Positions 18,835 to 24,978 of a DNA stretch of 37,980 bases are shown in pieces. Under the pieces are notes generated by a model. The model saw only the letters and a list, made by a program, of their open reading frames with translations, was not told the DNA's origin and did not search any database. The translations under genes were made by a program, and so were the position numbers. The stretch comes from Nitriliruptoraceae bacterium (GTDB lineage Bacteria; Actinomycetota; Nitriliruptoria; Nitriliruptorales; Nitriliruptoraceae), in contig JBDNIX010000254.1 of NCBI GenBank assembly GCA_041688045.1, positions 1 to 37,980 of the forward strand, given 5' to 3'. Numbering within the stretch: position 1 is the stretch's first letter; every line of letters starts with the position of its first letter.

Positions 18835-19619
18835 TCAGATGTCGTCGATGGCCCAGCGTACGACCTCCAACCACCGTTCCCAGTTCGGTGGGACGTACTT
18901 GCGGGCCATGGTTTCGTCCACCTGGCCCGTGTCGTAGACGCGGGCCAGACCCTCGGTGAACGCATCGATGGATGCCGGCCACGACGGCCAGGCGGTCAGG
19001 CCGGGAGGTCCGCTTCCGCTCCATCCCCAGGCGTTGTGGGAGTCGGGCGGCAGCCGCTTGCCGGCCGCCGACTCGATGACAGCGATCCCGACGACCAGGC
19101 GGGGATCGACCTCATGCTTGATCCCCGCAGCGACCAGCTCCTCTGCGAGTCGCGGCCCTGGAGCCACACTCGAAGGCGCGAGGCGTCGATGCGCTCCCCG
19201 TCCGAGCCGACGTACGCGTCGGGCTCGGCATCGCGGTCGGTCTCCGGATCGCCAGCCGGTTCGACGTCGCGGTCGGACTCGGCTGCTCGGGACACCTCGT
19301 TGCTGTCGGCGGGAGGCTGGGACTTCGCGACCAGGCCGCGCTCCGCCGGCGCCATCTCGGGTTCCGGCAGACGGCCGCTGAACCGCGGCTCGGTCGACAC
19401 CTCGCCCTCACCCCCCTGCCACGACAGGTCGAACGGTTCGAGTGGTGCGGACGCCGCCGGTGGCGCGGGAAAACGCGGGGCGAGGTGGGCGGCCTGATCC
19501 GCGACAGGGTCATTGACCGGCGCAGGCGCGGCTCCCAGCAGCATCGAGCTGCCAACGACCAGGCCCGATGCGGTCAGCAGCGAGGCGGAGGCGATGTGGG
19601 TACGACGACGCAGGCCCAT
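18835..19619 (-). pseudogene. Secreted cell-wall-hydrolase-like protein, split across two reading frames as given
   Basis: In frame A from 19619, a signal peptide (MGLRRRTHIASASLLTASGLVVGSSMLLGAAPA) is followed by an acidic linker. In frame B (19167..18835) lies a globular domain with VDPRLVVGIAVIESAAGK...HNAWGW. The frames overlap by about 170 nt, and only frame B looks coding there. Confidence 0.5.
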
Positions 19620-19899
19620 GAGCAGCATCCTTGGGGCGACGTGGGCCGCAGCGACGCGGGAGACCGACGATATCGGGGCGCGTCGAGGCAGCACGTGGCT
19701 GTTCGGTGGAGAAGCGGGAAGGCAGTATCCCGACCGCGCTACGGGCCGTCCTGCCGCGCCCTCGTCTCACCGGACAGGCGTCCGGACGACCGGGCCTCGC
19801 GCCTTTCGCACCCGCCTTCGAGCCGGTAGGTGCCTAGCCACCATGGCGACCGACGGCTCGCAGCCGCCAGATCGGCTCGGTCCGGGCCGTGGCCAGCTG

Positions 19900-20313
19900 C
19901 TAGCCAGCGTCGCCGCCATCGGTCGCCGCGACGGTCAACAGCGGATAGGTCCCGTCGGCGTCGTGCAGCTCCTGACCGGTCAGGGCAGGCGTGAAGACGC
20001 AGACCATGCGCAGGTCGGTGATTGCCCGGAGCTCATGACGCTCACGGCCGTCGAGGACGTAGAGCGTCCCCGGCGCGATGTCGTGGGCCTCGCCGGTCTC
20101 ATGATCGGTCAGGACGCCGGTGCCATCGATGCAGTAGACCGACTCGGCGTGGTTTCGATACCACATCGACGTAGTGGAGCCGGCGTGCAGCACGGTGTCG
20201 TGCAGCGAATATTCCAAGCCGTCGGCGGCGAGCAGCAACCGTCGGCTCGCAAACGTCGATCCGCGCACGTCGTTTGGCGAGTCCTCGATCTCGGTCAGTC
20301 GTCGGACGATCAC
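19900..20313 (-). CDS. ectC: L-ectoine synthase
   Basis: MIVRRLTEI...YSLHDTVLHAGSTTSMWYRNHAESVYCIDGTG...GTLYVLDGRERHELRA is the canonical EctC cupin. GGAAAGGAA lies upstream of GTG 20313. Confidence 0.93.
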   Translation of the reverse strand: MIVRRLTEIEDSPNDVRGSTFASRRLLLAADGLEYSLHDTVLHAGSTTSMWYRNHAESVYCIDGTGVLTDHETGEAHDIAPGTLYVLDGRERHELRAITDLRMVCVFTPALTGQELHDADGTYPLLTVAATDGGDAG

Positions 20314-20338
20314 TGGAGTTCCTTTCCGTTGAGGACGG

Positions 20339-21744
20339 TCACGCGACCGCGGTCGGGTCGACGTCGACGGAGGCGTCGACGGAGGCGTCGACGGAGGCGT
20401 CGACGGAGGCGCCCTTTTCGACGGCTTCCTGCAGACCGATCACGTCACCGAAGGCCTCGGCGATACGGTCGAGCCCGCTCGCGAGTTCGTCGGTCGGGAT
20501 CGTCAGCGCCGGTAGCAGCTTCAACACCTCGCCGTTGGAACCCGAGGTCTCCACGATGACGCCCAACTCGAAGGCGTGCTTGGCGACGCGTTCGGCGATG
20601 CCGTCAGCGCACGCGACGCCCTGGAGCAACCCACGGCCCCGACGCTCCAGGACATACTCCGGGTGCGCCTCGATCAGGTCATCGAGTGCCCGCGACACGA
20701 TCCCCGCCTTCAGGTCGGTGGAGGCCTCCAGCGCGCCGTCCACCCAGTGGTCCAACGCGGCCGTCGCGGTGACCATGGCCGGATTGAAGCCCCGGAAGGT
20801 GCCGTTGTGCTCGCCTGGCTCGAAGACATCGAGCTCACGACGGAACAGCGTGAGGGCGAACGGCAGTCCGAAGCCGGACAGGGACTTCGACAGCGTCACA
20901 ATGTCGGGTTCGATGTCCGCAACCTCGAAGCTGAAGAAGCTGCCGGTGCGGCCGCAGCCGGCCTGGATGTCGTCGACGATCATCAGGACGTCGTGGTCGG
21001 TGCACAGCTGACGCAGACCACGGAGCCATTCGGGGACGCCGTGGCGAGGCCACCCTCGGCCTGAACGGTTTCCACGATCACCGCCGCGGGCTTCTCGAGG
21101 CCGCTGCCGTCGTCGGTCAAGAGCGCATCGAGGTAGCTGATGGTGTCCACGCTGTCGCCGAAGTACCCGTCGTAGGGCACGTTCATCCCGAAGGTCAGTC
21201 CAACCCCGGCGCCGTCGCGCTTCATCGAGTTTCCGGAGACGGCGAGCGACCCCAGCGTCATGCCGTGGAACGCGTTGGTGAACCCGACGATGCCCTCGCG
21301 ACCGGTTGCCTTGCGTGACAGCTTCATGGCGGATTCGACGGCGTTGGTGCCGGTCGGACCCGGGAACATCACCTTCCAGTCGAAGTTGCGCGGCTGGAGG
21401 ATGACCTCCTCAAATCGCTCGAGGAAGCGACGCTTGGCGACGGTGACGGTGTCGAGGCTGTGGACGATGGCACCGGAGGTCACGTAGTCCACCAGAGCAT
21501 CGCGCATGACCGGATCGTTGTGTCCGTAGTTGAGGGCGCCGGCCCCGGCGAACAGGTCGAGGTACTCGTTGCCCTGGTCGTCCCAGATCTTGCTGCCGCT
21601 GGACTTCTCGAAGGTCGCGGGCCACATCCGACAGTACGAGCGCACCTCCGATTCCAGGCGGAGGATGGGGTCGCTGGGCAACGGAGATCCCGGATCCGTC
21701 GGGTCGGTGGGGGTGGCGGAGGTATCGTCATGAAGCGTCGTCAC
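20339..21744 (-). pseudogene. ectB: Diaminobutyrate--2-oxoglutarate transaminase, interrupted by a 1-nt frameshift as given
   Basis: The N-terminal part ([15 protein letters not shown]...[13 protein letters not shown]...[10 protein letters not shown]) lies in the frame of ORF 20983..22305. The C-terminal part ([36 protein letters not shown]...LSKSLSGFG) lies in the frame of ORF 20339..20983. The switch is near 21026-21035. The start was chosen at in-frame GTG 21744. Confidence 0.85.
20365..20412. repeat. 12-nt tandem repeat, 4 copies, inside the 3' end of ectB
   Basis: CGACGGAGGCGT three times, then CGACGGAGGCGC. It encodes (ASVD)n on the minus strand. Confidence 0.9.
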
Positions 21745-22305
21745 GGTGAGGCCGTCCTTGTCTCGCGAAATGGGGGGGTCATCGGTTGGAAGCGTGGTGG
21801 CGGGGGTCGGGGCGATGGGCGCGAACGGCCCGACGTTCACCTCGACCTCCGGGTCGTGGTCGTCGCCGGGAAAGAGGTCGGCGCCGAAGCGCTCGTCACG
21901 CTCGAACGGGACCCGAAGGTCACGGGCCAGGCGCTTGAACAGGCCCATCGAGGGGCGGTTGTCCGGTGCCACCGTGGCCGTGACGAAGCGGATGTCCCGG
22001 TTGCCGGGCTGATCGAGCATGGCGTGCAACATCCGGCGGGCAAGCCCGCGGCGGCGCGCACGGCGCGCTACTCCCACCTGCCACACGAAAACGGCGTCTG
22101 GGCGGTTCGGGGGGCGGTACGCCGCCACGAAGCCCACGACACCGGACGTATCCGTGGCCACCAGCGAAGTTTCCGCGTGATCCGTACACACCAGCAGGTA
22201 CGCGTACGGTGAATTGAGGTCGAGGGCGCCATCGTCGTGAACCAGCTGCCAGATGGGCGCAGCATCATCTTCGACAGGCGTGCGTAGTTGTATGTCGTGA
22301 CGCAT
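21742..22305 (-). CDS. ectA: L-2,4-diaminobutyrate acetyltransferase; no in-frame stop before ectB as given
   Basis: [13 protein letters not shown]...[38 protein letters not shown]...[14 protein letters not shown] is a GNAT fold typical of EctA. The frame then continues through a Pro/Thr/Asp-rich stretch into ectB. Confidence 0.85.
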
Positions 22306-22406
22306 GAAAACGGCCGTGATCCCGCAGGGTCACCGCCCGAGGAGGGCGACACGCACGGGTGAGGCTACTCCGACTGGCCTCGGCGGCCTTCGGATCACCT
22401 CCCTAT

Positions 22407-22438
22407 GTCGCTCGCGGTGAGTGTCGCTCGTCGTGAGT
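22407..22438. repeat. Imperfect tandem 16-mer (14 of 16 identical) upstream of the ect operon
   Basis: GTCGCTCGCGGTGAGT followed by GTCGCTCGTCGTGAGT, read directly. Confidence 0.7.
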
Positions 22439-22559
22439 CTGCATGACTCGGGTCTGGTTCCTGAGCCGAAGAGACTGCGCGGCAGGTTTGAAACCGCGCC
22501 GCTCTCGGCATGTTACACGACTGTAACGCACCACCCGGTGGGTCATGCAAGTCGACACG

Positions 22560-22583
22560 CCCGGCCGGACCGGTCCGGCCGGG
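22560..22583. repeat. Perfect 24-bp palindrome (candidate operator or hairpin) in the divergent ect / membrane-protein intergenic region
   Basis: CCCGGCCGGACC followed by GGTCCGGCCGGG, read directly. Flanking bases extend the pairing with one G-T pair. Confidence 0.7.
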
Positions 22584-22686
22584 TGTGTACGTTGCTGGAC
22601 GATGACCACTGATCTGGACCCCGTCGCTCTCCTGGCCACACGGCTGGGGGGTAGGCTTCGAGCGCGGTGGCGACCGTGATGCCCCG

Positions 22687-23694
22687 ATGACCGACAGCGA
22701 CAAATCGGACGACGCCACCTCCAGTTCGCGACTGCGGCGCGCCTGGCCGCTCGCGCTCCTGCTGGTCGCGGCGCTCTACGTCGGTGTCGGGTACTTCTTC
22801 GGCGGCGAGGACGCCTTGGAAGCCTTCGCCTCGGCGGTCCCCGGATACCTGCTGGGTGCGGTCGGTCTACAGCTCGGTGTGGCGCTGACCTGGCCGCTGG
22901 TGCACCGGGCGAGCCTGCGCTCCGTTGATGCGGACATCGGGTATGGCCACGCTCTCCAGGTGTCCATGAGTTCGTTCACGGTCAGCCACACCGTCCCCGG
23001 GGGCGGCGCCGTGGGTGCCGCCGTGGCCGTCGACCGCCTGAACCGCTTCGGCATCCCCGGTCCCACGGCCACGGCGAGCGCCACGCTCACGGGCGTCGTT
23101 TCGCTCGTGACGATCGCACTGCTGGGCTCCGGGGGCATCGTGACGGCAGTGTTCCTGGGCGACCTGCCGCGCAGCGTTCTGAGCCCGATGGGTGGGGCGC
23201 TCGTGGCCCTGTCCGGGCTCACCTGGGCGACCCTGGCCGGACTGCGCTCAGCGGAGGCCGGGGACCGGGTGATCCGCGCCGTGGGGCGGCTGCACCCCCG
23301 GTTGCGGCGCCGGACGGGTGCGTGGAGCGAGGCGTGGCGAGCCGTTGCCGAGCACGCACCCACCAGCCGCCAGCTGGCGGTCGTCATGGGCTGGTCGGCG
23401 TTGAAGTGGAGCGCCGACGTTGCGTCCCTTGCGCTCGTGTTTCTCGCCTTCGACCAGACACCGCGCCTCAGCATGCTGCTCGCCGCGATCGGCGCGTCGC
23501 AACTCCTGGCGGCGATCCCGACGACACCCGGATCGGTCGGCCTGGTGGAAGGTGGCTTGATCGGCGTGTTCTCCGCCTTCGGTGTCCCGCTCGGCACGGG
23601 TACCGCGATCACTTTGACCTACCGGGTCATCGAGGCCTGGCTCCCGACGTTGGCCGGCGTACCGGTGCTCCTTCGGAGCCCCGAACGCGCCTGA
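22687..23694 (+). CDS. Polytopic membrane protein, UPF0104 / lysylphosphatidylglycerol-synthase transmembrane-domain (flippase-like) family
   Basis: About 8 hydrophobic segments. The C-terminal TPGSVGLVEGGLIGVF...ITLTYRVIEAWLPTLAG signature is typical of this family. Confidence 0.6.
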   Translation: MTDSDKSDDATSSSRLRRAWPLALLLVAALYVGVGYFFGGEDALEAFASAVPGYLLGAVGLQLGVALTWPLVHRASLRSVDADIGYGHALQVSMSSFTVSHTVPGGGAVGAAVAVDRLNRFGIPGPTATASATLTGVVSLVTIALLGSGGIVTAVFLGDLPRSVLSPMGGALVALSGLTWATLAGLRSAEAGDRVIRAVGRLHPRLRRRTGAWSEAWRAVAEHAPTSRQLAVVMGWSALKWSADVASLALVFLAFDQTPRLSMLLAAIGASQLLAAIPTTPGSVGLVEGGLIGVFSAFGVPLGTGTAITLTYRVIEAWLPTLAGVPVLLRSPERA

Positions 23695-23739
23695 ATGCAA
23701 CCAGGGCCGTCAGGAAGTAGGGCGGGCTGCGACGTCAGT

Positions 23740-24061
23740 GACGACACTGTCGAGGCGTTGGAGGGCGAGGAAGCCGTCAGCGATCCTCCGGGCGAGCTGG
23801 GCGGGGCCCACGACCTCCTCGAGCATGCTCGCCGCCATCCTCGGCATGACCCGCAACCTCCAACTCGCCCAGCGCCTGCGCCCACCCTCCGGCCGCACCC
23901 ACCAACGCACCTCCCGCCGGATCCTCCACCTCGACACCGACCACCACAACACGATGCTGCGCACCCTTGCGCGACGCACCCAAGACCGCGACACCCTCGA
24001 ACGCGCAACGCCCACACCCAGCCTGCCCGCACTCCCCAACGGACCGCCCAGACTGCCCTGA
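23740..24061 (+). pseudogene. C-terminal remnant of a tyrosine recombinase (phage-integrase family), truncated and frame-shifted
   Basis: HDLLEH lies in one frame (23809-23826). MLAAILGMTRNLQLAQRL...RILHLDTDHHNTMLRTLARR follows in the next frame, with strongly C-ending codons. Together these resemble the integrase box II region HDLRHT-FATLLLEAG-DL..IQE.LGH....T.D.YSH, with Asp where the catalytic Tyr is expected. There is no N-terminal or core-binding region. Confidence 0.45.
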
Positions 24062-24200
24062 CCCGACAGCCGACCGACCCGATCGGCTGTCACGTGCTGG
24101 ACCGACACCCCCACCAGCACAACCAGGCACCGCAAAGCCGCCATCACCGGCCCCCGGGCCACCGCTGGCGGCGTTCCTGACGTCCACAACCCCAAGAAAC

Positions 24201-24262
24201 GGCTGACCGCGCCTCCATCACCCCCAACCCACCGTGAGGAATGGATGAAAACGCGGTCAGCC
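24201..24262. repeat. 11-bp inverted repeat bracketing a 40-nt spacer just 3' of the tRNA
   Basis: GGCTGACCGCG (24201-24211) and CGCGGTCAGCC (24252-24262). On the tRNA strand it is followed by GTTTCTT. Confidence 0.6.
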
Positions 24263-24264
24263 CA

Positions 24265-24340
24265 TGGAGCTGGGAAGGGGATTCGAACCCCTGACCTATC
24301 GCTTACGAGGCGATTGCTCTACCAACTGAGCTATCCCAGC
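24265..24340 (-). tRNA. tRNA-Thr, anticodon CGT, CCA encoded
   Basis: The reverse complement folds by hand into a cloverleaf: acceptor GCTGGGA/TCCCAGC, D stem GCTC/GAGC, anticodon stem ATCGC/GCGAT with loop CTCGTAA, T stem AGGGG/CCCCT with loop TTCGAAT, discriminator T, then CCA. Confidence 0.93.
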
Positions 24341-24446
24341 GGGGCGGGCGAAGGGTAGCCCTCTCACCCTCCGAACCACCAGCCGAGCCCCCCGAGCGTG
24401 CAGCGACCCACGATAGTGTCCACCCACCTGACGCACGAGGGAGCAC

Positions 24447-24923
24447 GTGGGCGCGATCGAGCTGTCGGCGACCTGGCGCTCCACAGCGCCGCCCGAGGAC
24501 GTCTACGACGTGGTGGTGGACCTGACGACGTGGCCGCAGTGGTGGCCGGCCATCCGCGACGTGCAGCCGCTGGCGGGCGATCCCGCTGCTCCCGACCGCG
24601 CCCGACTCACCTTCGACACGCCGTCTCCGCTGCGCCCGCTGCAGCTCGTACTCACCGTGGCCCGACGAACCTCGCCGTCCCTGATCGTGGTCGACGTCAC
24701 CGAAGGAGCCATTCGGGGAGGTGGCCACATCGGCATCGCCGCGGACGACCACGGCAGTGCCACCAGCTTCGAGGTGACGCTGGACGTGCGGTCCCGGTGG
24801 CTGAAACCGGTGGAGCTGGTGCTGGCGTCCGCGACCCGGGGATCGGGCCGTGAGCGGCTGGCGCAGGCTGGCGACGACCTGGCGCGCCTGGCCGGCGGCG
24901 AACCTCGCACCCACGACGTCTGA
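24447..24923 (+). CDS. SRPBCC-superfamily protein (polyketide cyclase/dehydrase-like, START fold)
   Basis: Size about 158 aa. The APPEDVYDVVVDLTTWPQWWPAI N-terminal signature is typical of this family. GAGGGAG lies upstream of GTG 24447. Confidence 0.6.
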   Translation: MGAIELSATWRSTAPPEDVYDVVVDLTTWPQWWPAIRDVQPLAGDPAAPDRARLTFDTPSPLRPLQLVLTVARRTSPSLIVVDVTEGAIRGGGHIGIAADDHGSATSFEVTLDVRSRWLKPVELVLASATRGSGRERLAQAGDDLARLAGGEPRTHDV

Positions 24924-24978
24924 CTCTTCGCGCGGGGCGCCGTGCCTGCGGATCGCACACGTCACGGGTAGCCCCGGC

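Noticed and set aside
19620-19899. c-di-AMP (ydaO-type) or other riboswitch in the 280-nt leader of the cell-wall hydrolase-like gene
   Set aside because: Such riboswitches often precede actinobacterial hydrolase genes. Reading the minus strand, I could not find the conserved ydaO blocks or the ZTP, TPP or B12 core motifs. A covariance-model scan would be needed to exclude them formally.
19513-20559. 348-aa plus-strand ORF containing a run of about 20 arginines
   Set aside because: The poly-Arg run is simply the 12-nt tandem repeat at 20365-20412 read on the wrong strand and frame. The ORF overlaps ectC and ectB in antisense.
23695-24195. Pro/His/Arg-rich ORFs on both strands (23695..24180 plus, 23710..24195 minus, 23777..24187 minus) as intact genes
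   Set aside because: None has a coherent domain across its length, and the low-complexity translations come from the strong C/G strand skew. The region is better explained as a decayed integrase fragment plus an att or tRNA trailer.
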